Assembly: GCA_951406725.2 (NCBI GenBank)
Contig: OX597816.1
Coordinates: 168,888,001-168,952,000 of the forward strand
Direction: 5' to 3'
Length of the DNA: 64,000 bases
Source of the DNA: Octopus vulgaris
Lineage: Eukaryota
In this document: positions 13,942 through 25,927 of the stretch, in pieces
Layout of the letters: every line of letters begins with the position of its first letter
How positions within the stretch are numbered: the first letter of the stretch is position 1
The notes under the pieces: model-generated
Told to the model about the DNA's origin: nothing
The model's input: the letters and a program-made list of their open reading frames with translations, nothing else
Database searches by the model: none
Made by a program: the position numbers and the translations under genes

Positions 13942-14211
13942 GTAAGTTGGAAGTATATATACAGACACACATATATGAGAGAGAGAGAAGGTGATACAAT
14001 GTACATGCACACACCCTGAGTAAGACTTGAAAGCTTCAAAAGTTATGGAAGTACTTGCTTGTTAAATTCAGATACATGAAAATCTGTTGAAGTTTTTCCC
14101 ACTATGTGTGTGTATTTCATACCAGTAGACATACCAGTCTACTGGTACGAAATAAGAGGTCAACATGTAATCTTTTAATGTATATCTTTTTCCCTGATGA
14201 TATTTTGCTCA

Positions 14212-14518
14212 TCTTTATATATAAAATTGAAGTTGTGTGTGTGAGACTCTGTCTCCTCCGATTTAGATTCCTAACTACTCCCACATTTTGCGGTGCAGTT
14301 TAACCAAAAGCGGGTATCTTATAGTCGTCATTCATATCGAGCCCTTCTGGGTATTAACGCGCGTCTATGATGAATCTACGATTTAAAAAAAAATTTACCA
14401 TCATTTTTCCGCATTTTTAATGATTTTTGCTCAGGTTATATAAGGGAAGTAATTCTCTAAAAATGCTTATATAGTTATTTCCCTTACAAACCCGAGCAAT
14501 GCCGGGCGATACTGCTAG
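14212..14518 (+). mobile_element. Non-autonomous Helitron-like element
   Basis: A|TC start; 3' cccgagcaatgccgggcgatactgCTAG|T with a subterminal hairpin; same 3' end as the copies at 31627, 37288 and 41211. Confidence 0.8.
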
Positions 14519-14707
14519 TATTGTATAAATGCAAATTTAAAACATAACTTTGTAATTTATTTAATGGCATAAATGGAAACAGCTGTAGGAAGTAAGAGTG
14601 ATCAATTTATTGATAAATAATTATTAACTTTCAACTCACCATTTTCTTTTCTTCTATTAATTGAATACTGATTATATGTTGTGCCTCTCTGGTATTAAAA
14701 GAACTTT

Positions 14708-14940
14708 GGCGGGGGAGCTGGCAGAGTGGTTAGCACGCCGGGCGAAATGCTTTGCGGTATTTTGTCTGCCACTACGTTCCGAGTTCAAATTCTGCCGAGG
14801 TCGACTTTGCCTTTCATCCTTTTGGGCGTCGATAAATTAAGTACCAGTTACGCACTGGGGTCAATATAATCGACTTAATCCGTTTGTCTGTCCTTGTTTG
14901 TCCTCTCTGTGTTTAGCCCCCTGTGGGTAGTAAAGAAACA
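14708..14940 (+). mobile_element. SINE family B with 15-bp TSD ggtattaaaagaact
   Basis: TSD at 14691-14705 and 14941-14955. Confidence 0.92.
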
Positions 14941-15189
14941 GGTATTAAAAGAACTGACATATTTCTGTGTTTGTGCTGTGGTGCTAGTGGTGTTACAGTT
15001 GCTGTTGCTACTTTCATATATTCTATGTATTGAATTCTTATTTTCCCCTCATTCAAAAATTCAAATGGCCCTGTATGACATATATATAGTGTTTTCATTT
15101 TGACACTAATTTTACCATGCTTGCTTGAGGCAGATGGAAATTAAGGTTGATTTTTTTATGATCAGATGCTGTCACTTAATTTGGAAGCA

Positions 15190-15800
15190 AAGTCAGACAT
15201 TTTTTTTCATAGAAGGCTGCAAATAAAGAACAGTGATGCAATATCAAAACAAGGGGACACACACATATTTTTACAAAACAGGCTTCTTTTCCAGGAACCA
15301 TCTACTGAATTCACTCAGGAGCCTTTGATAGCCAGGAACTATAAGTGGAAGACATTTGACAGCCAGTTTGACTGAGGTTCAAACCGTTTGGTTGCAAAAT
15401 GAACTTCTTAACCACACAGCCATACCAGTGGCTATGTGGTAAGAAGCTTGTTTCCCAACCACATGGCTCTGGGTTCAGTCCCACTGCATGGCACCTTGGG
15501 CAAGTGTCTTGTACTATAGCCCTGGGTTGACTAAAGGCTTGTGAGTGGATTTGGTAGACGGAAACAGAAAGAAGCCTGTCATATATATATGTATATATAT
15601 CTGAGCATGGGTATCACCAATTGACAACAGTTGTTAGTGTGTTTACATCCCCATAACTTAACAGTTCAGCAAAAGAGACCAATAGAATAAGTACCTAGCT
15701 TAAAAGGTAGGTACCCGGGTTGATTCATTTGATTAAAAATTCAAGGTGGTGCCCCAGGATGGCCACAGTCTAATGACTGAAACAAGTAAAAGAAAAGAAA
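15190..15800. mobile_element. Two diverged SINE A copies, head-to-head
   Basis: Minus-strand remnant to about 15425, then a plus-strand copy gtggctatgtggtaagaagc...gactgaaacaagtaaaag. Confidence 0.75.
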
Positions 15801-16031
15801 AATAAGATAAAAAAGATATATAAAAATAAATGCGCCTTTTCAAAGCCTAGTCTTATTTAAAATAAGCCATTACCTTTGCACCAACCTGATATTTTTCATG
15901 ATTTTACTGTAATAATTTTTTTTACTAACTTAATCTGATTTAATCTCAATTTTTCAATTTAGGATGGCATGAAAAAATATCAACATTTTCTTTCCTTTTC
16001 CGCTATATTTTTGGTGTATTTTTTTTTCCAG

Positions 16032-16171
16032 ATGATGATACTACTACACTTTACAAGACTAAGAATTTGACTTCACTTGAAATTATTGATAATTTCCTAC
16101 AAAATTTGGACTCTAAAGCCGTTGTGGAAGAAAGCCCTATTCTCACAAAAAAATCAAAGAAACGGCATTGA
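16032..16171 (+). CDS. MRPL53: MRPL53 exon 3 (NDDTTTLYKTKNLTSLEIIDNFLQNLDSKAVVEESPILTKKSKKRH*)
   Basis: Acceptor tttttttccag; NLTSLEI matches mL53 HLTALEM; TGA at 16169-16171; spliced CDS is 378 nt = 125 aa. Confidence 0.9.
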
Positions 16172-16772
16172 TGTATTGAACAGTAGGTTATTTTTGTGAA
16201 ATACAGTGTTGCTAGATCAGCTTCTGGATTATGGAACTAATCCTTAATCTAATCTACAACCAACAGTGATAATGTTATTGGTGAAGACACTGGAATATAC
16301 TAAAACTTCATCTTAGAATTAATTTACAACAAATACAAGTAATGTTTTACAGCATTAAAACAATTAAAAAACATATTTTGATGCTTTTGCTTTTGTCTTG
16401 TTTTTCATTTTACAAAATATAACACTAAAAGTATTATAGCATACACTATATATTTTTATTGTTAGAGACAGTCCTTTTTTACTACTTGAAATGTGTTTAT
16501 TGATTGCCTCTGGAAAGTTATCCAGTTTCACTAAGAGTGAAGAATCAGTGGAAACCGGAAGTGAAACGTTTCTAGATTGTTACAGTAAATGACATAAGGT
16601 GGGCTATGCGAGTATATCTTTTCTCTACCCCAAAGCAATTTATAAGTTATTTCCAGGAGGTTGACATCAATAACAAATCTCTTACATTTATGAATGAGGG
16701 TAACAATTACCCAGTAGGAAAAAAAAGATACAGGGGTACTACTTAATTTTTCAATACCAATATAATACTGCA

Positions 16773-17040
16773 ATCATCATCATCATCATCGTTTAGCATG
16801 GGTTGGACAGTTCAACTGGGATCTGGGAAGCCAGAAGGCTGCATCAGGCCCAGTCTGATTTGGCAATGTTTCTACGGCTGGATGCCCTTCCTAACGCCAA
16901 CCACTCCGAGAGTGTAGTGGGTGCTTTTTACGTGCCAGGTGAGGCTGGCAACAGCCACGATCGGATGGTTCTCTTACATGCCACCGGCACTGGTATCACA
17001 GTTACAATTTCCATTGATGTTGATCGATTTCGATTTTGAT
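16773..17040 (-). mobile_element. Truncated 3'-UTR copy of an RTE LINE (family R, (GAT)n tail)
   Basis: ggttggcgttaggaagggcatccagccgtag...gatgatg is shared with 41930-42726. Confidence 0.8.
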
Positions 17041-17399
17041 TAATGACTTTTAACTATGTTTTGATGTTTTGGGGTTTTAGTCTTCAGTTCTGTTGTGTAT
17101 TGAACTCCTAATCAATATACAACCAAATACTCTACATTTGTTTAAATAATTAAGAATTGCCAATCACATGGTATGCATGAACTTGTCTGTTTTTTTTTTC
17201 TTTTCTATGTATTGCAATTAAAATAAACAGACACACACAGTTGATTCCATCGCTACAGAATTACAGTTGATGTTGTTACTCCTTCTAATACGTTCTGCTG
17301 TTGGTTGTGCTTCCGCTACAGTGAAATAGAAATTCGCAGTTTACAGCTATTTGATCCTTGTTCCTAAACCTGTGCTTATGAAATAAGGAAATAACAAAA

Positions 17400-17900
17400 C
17401 TTGACAATGGTGTCGCTGATAGAGCAAGGAAAATCCCTTGGTAACAGTTGATTGAAGATGTCTCAACCTGGCTCATGGCATTCCAAGCAAAAGCTTATGT
17501 GGACAAATTAAAAGATAACCTACAAGATAATGACCAAAATCCCATGGCTATGAAATCCATTTCTTTGAAGCATTAAAAATTATCCTGAAGAATATTATGA
17601 AAATGACTTACAATGATCTAAAAAAATTTGATTCTAAATCATTTTGCTCCTTCAAAGAAACTGATATTAGCCGAAAGAGCAAAATTCTTCTCCATTTTTC
17701 AAAAACCCAATAAGTCAATTTCTCAATTTATTTCAAATTTGGGACATGCCAGTGAATACTGCAATTTTGAAAAGTCTGAAAATGTCTAAAACGTCAGTGA
17801 CTGAACTCACTGACATTTTAGACTCATACTGTCTCAGTTGGTTGCCAGTCTAAGAAGCAGTGAGGAAAGAAAGAAAGTTCTTCAAGTGAATGAAGTTAAC
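17400..17900 (+). mobile_element. Degenerate Ty3/gypsy gag fragment with PBS-like TGGTGTC
   Basis: acttgaca-a-tggtgtc junction; translated remnants DVSTWLMAFQAK and FAPSKKLILAERAKFFSIFQKPN..SQFISNLGHASEYCNF. Confidence 0.65.
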
Positions 17901-18039
17901 AAACTCAGTTTAGAAGCTACAGTGCAATTTTTACAACATTCTTCGCAAATGTCTGAATTTTGCAATGACAATTCAAAAACGTGAGTCTGCTTATTCCAAA
18001 ATGACTGCACAAGATAAAAGAAAAAATTTGAGCGACAGT

Positions 18040-19533
18040 AAATACAGTAAATCTAGACTCATTGGAGAATATGACAGTCTCCCAAAATGCTAATGGCCTC
18101 TCCACCATCTCACTGGCCCAGTCTTCTCTCTGCTTGATATTGACTGGTCAAAGAAGTGGCTTCCTTCTTGCTGCTCTGCCATAGTAACCAAGTTTGTGGA
18201 CATACCTGACAGATACAGTTTTATATTTAAGAGATGAATTATGTATATCATTTTCATTACTTACATTTGACGGATATTTGTCCTCATTTTGTTTGTAGTT
18301 AACACAATGCTTTGGCTGATATACTCTCCAGCCTTCATCAGGTGTCTTGGGGAAATTTCGAACCTTGGTTCTCATTCCTGGGCATATGGCGAAGTGGTTA
18401 AGAGCATGGGCTACTAGCCCCAAGATTCTGAGTTCGATTCCAGGCAGTGACCTGAATAATAATGATAATAATAATAATATTGAAAAATACCTTAGGAATG
18501 AGAACCCAGGTTAGAAATTTCCCCAAGACACCCGATGAAGGCTGGAGGGTATATCAGCTGAAAGGTTGTGTTAACAACAAACAAGATGAGGACAAATATC
18601 CTTCAAATGTAAATAATGTATACCTGACAGATGTTCTGGGACTGACACCATGTTCTGGTATGTCGAAGTCTTGCAACGAGGATTATCCCCCACACTTCTC
18701 TTAACAAAGACAAGGGTCCTGTCAGAAGGACCTGATCAACATGGGTGAGGTGATGTGGACTCCTTTCCCTCTCTAGTGAATTGCATAATCAGTCTGTTGA
18801 TTGTAGAAAGCAGGATCCCAAGGTTTTCTGTGGTTTTATGCTATTTCAACCTTCATAATATGGCCTTGTAGCGGTAGTTGGAATTATGTTGATGTGGCTG
18901 CATGTATGTTATCCCAAAAGTCCATACAGAGATGAAAGAATAAATACAAGATCTATACATTTACTACATAAAAATATATTTTATTCTTCTTTCGATGATA
19001 ATACATGAAATCAAATTGTAGAAAGCTAGTTGAAGTAATCTTATGCAAGAGAGTTCAGAGATAGGAAATGTAGAACAACAGTGCAGTGGCTATAGGGCGT
19101 AGAGAAATAGACATAAATAGCAATGACATGAATGGCTCCAAGTCTAATCGACTAAGAAGTGAAGAGCAGAGTTAACAAGCTGTTTTTAATAATGGTACGC
19201 TAGACATTCTAGAAACTTCCAAGAGAAACGCCAAGCTTGAATAATTAAGAATCACGTTTTGTGATAATGATGCTTCAAGAAACTCAGAAAAGGGAGGTTA
19301 CTCTATGATCTTTAGTGTAAGGGAGATCATTCAACTATCTACCTGCCCATATACCCTCCTTGAAATTCAGACAGTTCCAAGGCTTCTTTTGTACATGGTA
19401 TGATGAAATCGTCACATATAGAATCTGAGACATAAAAATGTCAATTAATAAAAAAAATATACAGCATTAGAAGTTAGAATAAACAGAAAACGATGTTTTA
19501 TGGGGTATCTTTTTACTTCTGTCATGTCTGTGT
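18040..19533 (-). mobile_element. Degenerate Tc1-type element hosting later insertions
   Basis: YYGRAARRKPLL and WETVIFSNESRF remnants; TIR at about 19505-19533 matches the one at about 7622-7650. Confidence 0.7.
18215..18619. mobile_element. Penelope-type inverted-pLTR insertion enclosing a tRNA-like Pol III head; degenerate hammerhead motif in each arm
   Basis: 13-bp TSD atacctgacagat; inverted arms of about 130 bp; one-sided extension of about 30 nt; A-box 18387-18397, B-box 18432-18440. Confidence 0.8.
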
Positions 19534-19956
19534 ATATCGATGCTGTGTACATAGAGAGATGTTGTTGACGACATTAAGATGAAGGCAACGAAGAAGGAGA
19601 TTGCCATATGCTGTTGATCGAGTGTTGATGCGTCTCCATGTGGCTGCTCTTGTGTTGTTGCTGGAACTGGCTGTGTCCTGTGGTCAGTGGCTGGATCGTA
19701 AGAGGTCTGGAACCGAAAGACTTCGAGACGGTGTTGAAGCTAGCATTTTATACTGTATTATCGGCTCACCGCAAGTTTAGAAGAGACTGTCTCATGTGAC
19801 CTTGTCAGAAGGCTGCGATTGGTTGAGTTGCACATTGGCACGTAATAGAGCAAGAGACAAACTGCGCCAATACCAACCAATCAGAGTAGTGGACGCAACA
19901 GGGTCAAAAATGGCAGCTGAAGGCTAGCTGTTATCTACTTCATCCATACTTATATA

Positions 19957-20360
19957 TACGAGGGGTGTTCAATAAGTAATGCCCCTGACCCATTTGCAGT
20001 TGTTTGATCTATAGATTAAGTGGCAAATTACAGCTCTGAACTAATTGTGGTTTCTGATTTACAGGTATTTGAACTGAGTCAAGTGTGAAATGGAGCCTGT
20101 TGAGTGTCGAGCAGTGATCCAGTTTTTGTATTTGAAAGGACGCACACCACGAGAGACTTTTGATGAAATGAAAGTAACTTATGATGATGATGCCCTATCA
20201 TATGACCTTGTAAAACGCTGGCATCGTGAATTCAAACATGGTTGGAACTCTGTGGAAACAGCTCCCAGATCTGGTCGCCGCCCTTCTGCCATTGATGAGG
20301 CATCTGTCTGTCAAGTTGAGGCTGCCATTTTGGAAGATCGACACATAACTATTCGCCTCA
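19957..20360 (+). mobile_element. Mariner element 5' portion (TIR plus transposase N-terminal HTH)
   Basis: ta|cgaggggtgttcaataagtaatg terminus; MEPVECRAVIQFLYLKGRTPRETFDEMK...VKRWHREFKHG...RSGR; truncated. Confidence 0.85.
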
Positions 20361-20524
20361 CACTCAGACGGCACATCTTCTATTCCCTCTGTGCTATTTG
20401 TATTCCCCTCCCCACTGTTCCCAGTGGGTAAGTCCTCTCTATCACTCTGCCTCTAGCTTTCTCTCACTCTCTCCTACCTTGATTGACTTCCTTGCCCTAC
20501 TTGGATATTCCAAGTATCTCCTCT

Positions 20525-20755
20525 CTTATTTCGTTACTGCCCACAAGGGGCTAAACATAGAGGGGACAAACAAGGACAGACAAAGGGATTAAGTCGATTA
20601 CATCGACCCCAGTGCGCGACTGGTACTTAATTTATCGACCCCGAAAGGATGAAAGGCAAAGTCAACCTCGGCGGAATTTGAACTCAGAATGTAACGGCAG
20701 AAGAAATATCGCTAAGCATTTTGCCTGGCGTGTTAACGTTTCTGCCAGCTCACCA
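20525..20755 (-). mobile_element. SINE family B
   Basis: Reverse complement of the family B consensus. Confidence 0.88.
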
Positions 20756-20899
20756 CCTATTCCTCTCTTCTATCATACTCCAACCACTTGCCTTGCACAT
20801 AGCCACTTCTTCCAGTTTCCCTACCTCTCTCAGCTGGCTTGCAAGCCACTTGGTGACCCCATGAGTGCTGGTGCCATATGAAATGCACCTGTGCCAGCA

Positions 20900-22050
20900 C
20901 TATGGTGGAATTATTCATCTCAGCAAGTATCCATTTTGTCCGATAAAATTACTTCATTTTCTGAGTTATTTTCAACCATATTAGAAAATCCAGAGACTTG
21001 GAAGGCTTCAGAATTAGCAGAAGCAAGGGGATTCATTGCAATCCAAGAAGATTTTCATAAAAAATTTTTATTAGTAGTTTTTGAAACTATATCGAGTGGT
21101 TCAGAGATTCTGTATTCAATACTTCAAAAACGTTCACTTGGTATTTCAAGATGTATTTGTGAAGTTGAGAACTACAAAAAAAAAAAAAAAAAAAATTGAT
21201 TCATTTCAAAGACAAATTTGAAAAATTTTACTCCTGGGTTTTGGATGGTGTCACTGATCCACCAGAGAAGTGAAGTCGTCACGAAGAACCAGAAATTTTA
21301 AGAACTTTGTTTCACAACATTTTAGATGAAATTATTGTTCATGTTGAGCAAAGATTTAAAATGATGGAAAAGTTCAAATTTGTTGAATTGTTGAATCCAG
21401 AGCTTTTTTCACATTTATGAAAAATAATTTTCAATGGAAGCATTTTCATCTCAGAATTTCTACAAAAATATATTGGAATTGGATGGACTGAAATGTGAGC
21501 TCAGATCAGTTTATGCTGCAGATTCTGCAAAGCAAGCATCAAGCATCCAAGAAGTAGCAGATATAATACAGGAACTTGAACTAAACTAAGCTCTGCTAGA
21601 AGTAACAAAATTACTACGTCTGATTCTGACCATATCTACCACATCTGCATCCTGTGAGAGAGTGTTTTCTTCTTTAAAGCAAGTCAATAATTAACCCTTT
21701 AGTGTTCGGATTACTTTGTCAAATGTAATACTTATTTATTCTCATTGTTTTGAATTAATTGTGCCTTGTCTCATAGCTTCAAGATTTTGATGATGTGATT
21801 ATTTATTTTTAGAATGACATTGTAGGGTAGGTATGAGAGGCTGAATATTCATAAGTTTGAACATAAAAGAAGGATAATATTCTGGCCAGATGTGGCCGGT
21901 TTAAACACTAAAGGGTTAAATGAGATGTATGAATTACAGTGAAGAGAGAATGAATAATTTGGTTTTCATTTTGAAGAAGATGAGGGCAGAGCGTGGTGCT
22001 GATGCATTTTATAGCAAAGTGACCGAAGAATTTGCCAAAAAGCAAAGAAG
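20900..22050 (+). mobile_element. Degenerate hAT transposase C-terminal half
   Basis: WNYSS, ILQK and dimerisation-domain LILTISTTSASCERVFSSLK...EERMNNL motifs, with stops and frameshifts. Confidence 0.8.
21695..21915. mobile_element. TTAA-specific MITE (piggyBac-like, family P1)
   Basis: TTAA|CCCTTTTAGTGTT...AACACTAAAGGG|TTAA; interrupts the hAT reading frame. Confidence 0.85.
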
Positions 22051-22069
22051 AATTAAAATCATTAATGAA

Positions 22070-23040
22070 GTCAGATGCTCCACCAACACAAATGTCAGAA
22101 GTGAAATTGAAAATGCCTTGAAGCTTATGAAGGCAGATAAAACTCCACGGAAAAATGGCATAACAACAGAGGTGTTAAGTAGGAGAGGAGAAGAGCTGTG
22201 GAAAATACTTGTTCTATGCTTCAATCACCACCTGAAGGAGAATCAAATACTGTTACCATGGGAAGAGTTACACAGAATCTTATTTCACAAGAAGGGTGAT
22301 AAAAGAAGATCTAAGAAACTATAATCCCAAGGTGGCGAGCTGGCAGAAACGTTAGCACGTCGGGCGAAATGTGTAGCTGTATTTCGTCTGTCGATACGTT
22401 CCGAGTTCAAATTCCGCCGAGGTCGACTTTGCCTTTCATCCTTTCGGGGTCGATAAATGAAGTACCAGTTATGCACTGGGGTCGATATAATCGACTTAAT
22501 CCGTTTCTCTGTCTTTGTTTGTCCCCTCTGTGTTTAGCTCCTTGTGGGCAATAAAGAAATATATAATCCCAAGCTGTTTACAAGGGTCTTAGTCTCAAGA
22601 TTATTGAAATATCTCACTGACCAGCAGCCAACTGAGCAAGCAGGTTTCTGTAAGAATTACAGTGTGATAGAGGTCATATATTCACTTTAACATAGCTTAT
22701 AGTATCAGCGAAAGAATACAAGCTGCCTCTGAGCATCACTTCCATCAACTATGAAAAGGCCTTCAATAGCACTGAGATGAACATGTGTTGAAATCTCAGA
22801 AAATTCAAGGAGTTGAGGCGCAATACATCAAACTGTTCAAGTATGCAAACACCACTGATATAGCTCTGCTAGCGGGGTCACCAGTAAGAGATCCAATTGG
22901 GAAAAGCATCAAACAAGGTGATACTGTCTCTTCAAAGCCTTTCTCCACATTCTAGAAATGGTCATCAGAAACATTGGCTGGACAGGAGGCACGAACACCA
23001 ACAGTGAGCTACTAGCACATCTCCAATTCACAGATGACAG
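22070..23040 (+). mobile_element. Degenerate RTE-type reverse transcriptase fragment with a SINE B inserted at about 22330-22561
   Basis: EIENALKLMKADKTPRKNGITTE, FHKKGD, EQAGF, INYEKAFNS and IKQGDTVS motifs; SINE TSD tataatcccaag. Confidence 0.82.
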
Positions 23041-23061
23041 TAAATTTTCATTCCCCTGCTC

Positions 23062-23463
23062 GGATCTTTTCGGTTTGAACGGCAGTTTTTTCTAGCGGTG
23101 TCATATGAAATTGTCACCCATAATTATGACCCTAGTATCGATCTATTGCATTTCAATCTATTTTAGGGTTAGGGGTGGGGTGTTTTTTTCTTCACAAATG
23201 TAAATAAACCCAATCTGTTTCTTAAACGAGGGACATATTCATACGGCACAGAATGTTTTTTAACTCAATGGACGTCAGTGATTGGTTGAAATTGCAGAAA
23301 TTGAAGAAAAAAAACAACAAATATCTTATAAACTATAGAATTTTCTCCATAAAGCCAAGAGAAAAAGATGTCTTATAAACACATTCTACCAGTATACGAA
23401 GTATAAAATTTTTTAGTTACCAAGAAATTATGTTAAAAACTGCTGTTCAAACCGAAAAGATCC
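23062..23463. mobile_element. MITE M1
   Basis: Both TIRs; near-perfect 8-bp TSD ccctgctc/ccctggtc. Confidence 0.92.
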
Positions 23464-23574
23464 CCCTGGTCTATCAACATTTTGATTTGAACTTTGCAGT
23501 ATTTCACATGGTGGTGGTGGTGGGAAGCATCATTCCTCAGTAAGATCGGGGCTGTGAGGATAAAAAAAAAAATG

Positions 23575-23709
23575 GACGTAGGAGTGGTTGTGTGGTAAGT
23601 AGCTTGCTTACCAACAACATGGTTCCGGGTTCAGTTCCCACTGGGCAAGTGTCTTCTACTATAGCCTTGTGAGTGGATTTGGTAGATGGAAACTGAAAGA
23701 AGCCCGTCG

Positions 23710-23744
<35 letters not shown>

Positions 23745-23953
23745 ATACGTTTGTGTGTCTGTGCTTGTCCCCCCAACATCGCTTGACAACTGATGTTGGT
23801 GTGTTTACGTCTACGCAACTTAACGGTTCGGCAAAAGAGACCGATAGAATAAGTACTAGGCTTACAAAGAATAAGTCCTGGGGTCGATTTGCTCGACTAA
23901 AGGCGGTGCTCCTGCATGGCCACAGTCAAATGACTGAAACAAGTAAAAGAGTA
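23575..23953 (+). mobile_element. SINE family A
   Basis: Family A head, microsatellite core and tail. Confidence 0.9.
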
Positions 23954-24044
23954 AATTGCTATGACCACTATATTAAATTGATTTTAAACTTCTAAAACTT
24001 GTCCAACCTGTGACAAAGAAAGAATTTGGAGACCCAGTACAAGC

Positions 24045-24657
24045 GGCACTGTCATGCTCTTAGCTGTCAGAAGTGAAAGTAGTCAACTTCGTGTATTTAC
24101 GTCAGGTTTATACCTTCGTTTATTTACGTCCCACCACGCTGTTAGGTTTATAAAACAATTGAAGTTCAGTTTAAAGTTTATAAATAAATGGGCGATGTTT
24201 CGCTTGTCGTAGCACACGTTTCCGTCGATTTCCGTAAAAAATGTAAACACTGAATCGGCCATACATACATACACACACACACATACATAGATACATACAC
24301 ACACACATACATGCAGACATACATATACACATACACCGAGTAAAAAATTTCAGTTATCTCTCTCTTTCACACATTACTCTGTCTCTTCACATACACTAAC
24401 AGAAGCACTTCACTTACACAACATACTGTCTGTCTCCCACACCCCATCAAACACACACATGGGGACTTCAACGAGAAATTTCCTCGTCATAAAATCGCTT
24501 CCTCTTAGTCTCTTTCGCTCTCATTACTTATGTAAAAAATAAAAGTTTTTTACGGAAATCGACGGAAACTTGTGCTACGACAAGCGAAACATCGCCTTCA
24601 TGTGTTATGTATACACATGTATATATCACTTCTGACAGCTAAAAGCATGACAGTGCC
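24045..24657. mobile_element. MITE family M2: 32-bp TIRs starting GG, perfect 8-bp TSD GTACAAGC, plus an inner about 50-bp inverted repeat
   Basis: ggcactgtcatgctcttagctgtcagaagtga / tcacttctgacagctaaaagcatgacagtgcc; TSD at 24037-24044 and 24658-24665. Confidence 0.92.
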
Positions 24658-25051
24658 GTACAAGCATACCTTGCCTTAAATCGTTTTCGTTTACACGTCG
24701 GTTTTCAAAAATAATATAGGGAAAAAAAAATCAAGTGAAGTTATTTTACTCAACTTTACGCCTGTCAGCCAAGATCGCCAAAAGCATATAAAATCATATC
24801 AAAATACATACAGTAAATATTAAGATAACATCATAAACTAGCGAACAGTGGTCCCGATGCGCGCACGTACACACACACACTAAAGTTCTGAAAAGGAAAA
24901 AACAATTTAGAATCAATTGTAATCTTCAATGTTTACCGAAGTAATTGTCGAAAAAAAATGTAAGATAAGTAAATAAAACGCCACAGAGTTGAGGCATGTT
25001 CCCAAACTCTACCAAATACTCTGAGTTTTCAATAGAAATGAAATGTTGAAT

Positions 25052-25460
25052 ACTCTTTACTCCCTTTTACTTGTTTCAGTCATTTGACTGCGGCCATGCT
25101 GGAGCACCGCCTTTAGTCGAGCAAATCGACCCCAGGACTTATTCTTTGTAAGCCTAGTACTTATTCTATCGGTCACTTTTACCGAACGGCTAAGTGACGG
25201 AGACGTAAACACACCAGCATCGGTCGTCAAGCGATGTTGGGGGGTATAAACACAGACACTCAAACATATACACACAAATACATACATATATCTATATACA
25301 TATATACGACAGGCTTCTTTCAGTTTCCGCCTACCAAATCCACTCACAAGGCTTTGGTCGGCCCGAGGTTACAGTAGAAGACGCTTGCCCAAGGTGCCAC
25401 GCAGTAGGAGTGAACCCTGAACCATGTGGTTGGTAAGCGAGCTACTTACCACACAGACAC
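25052..25460 (-). mobile_element. SINE family A
   Basis: Reverse complement of family A. Confidence 0.9.
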
Positions 25461-25859
25461 TATTAGTTTGTTTTTCTACAACTTTATAATGTGACGTAAA
25501 GTAGAGGTATTCGGGTATCTAATGTCGGGATACGAAACAGCTCCTTTGAGTGATTTGTGTGTACAAATGCAATTAGGTATCACTTTTCAACAGTTAAGGG
25601 GGGAACCATAATCGGCTTCTTTAGATCTATTTATACCTGAGTCCATTTAAGGAAAACAGTTCAACAGAATATTTTACCAGTATATATAATTTACTAACCG
25701 TTCGTATTTAAGGAAACATTTTAAATCAAGAGATAATTGCATTAATGTTCAGAGTTGGAATTTATTTTTGATCCTATCTAGTATAATTTACCCTTAAAAT
25801 CTCAATCCTGTATAAAATGTAATAGAAATTAGTGCAGAACTTCGTTGCATGGTTTTTCA

Positions 25860-25912
25860 TTCTACTTCCGGTAATTAATCAGTTTCCAACTAGTTTCCTC
25901 GTGTCTTTGATC
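25860..25912 (+). promoter_or_regulatory. Probable unc-45 core promoter/5' UTR with ETS-type ACTTCCGG motif
   Basis: ACTTCCGGT at 25864-25872, about 45 nt upstream of the candidate ATG. Function is inferred only. Confidence 0.35.
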
Positions 25913-25927
25913 ATGCCGCAAATTACG
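25913..25927 (+). CDS. unc-45: UNC-45 myosin chaperone, probable coding exon 1 (MPQIT)
   Basis: ATCATGC context, donor ACG|GTCAGT; phase 0 joins EISEATALKEKGN. Short, so less certain. Confidence 0.6.

Noticed and set aside
18380-18452. Functional tRNA gene
   Set aside because: It has A/B boxes but no proper acceptor stem or 7-nt anticodon loop and no oligo-T terminator; it is embedded in a retroelement.
18865-19945. Possible solo LTRs (TG-starting segments at about 18867 and 19560)
   Set aside because: Could not define paired TG...CA ends with a TSD; left uncalled.
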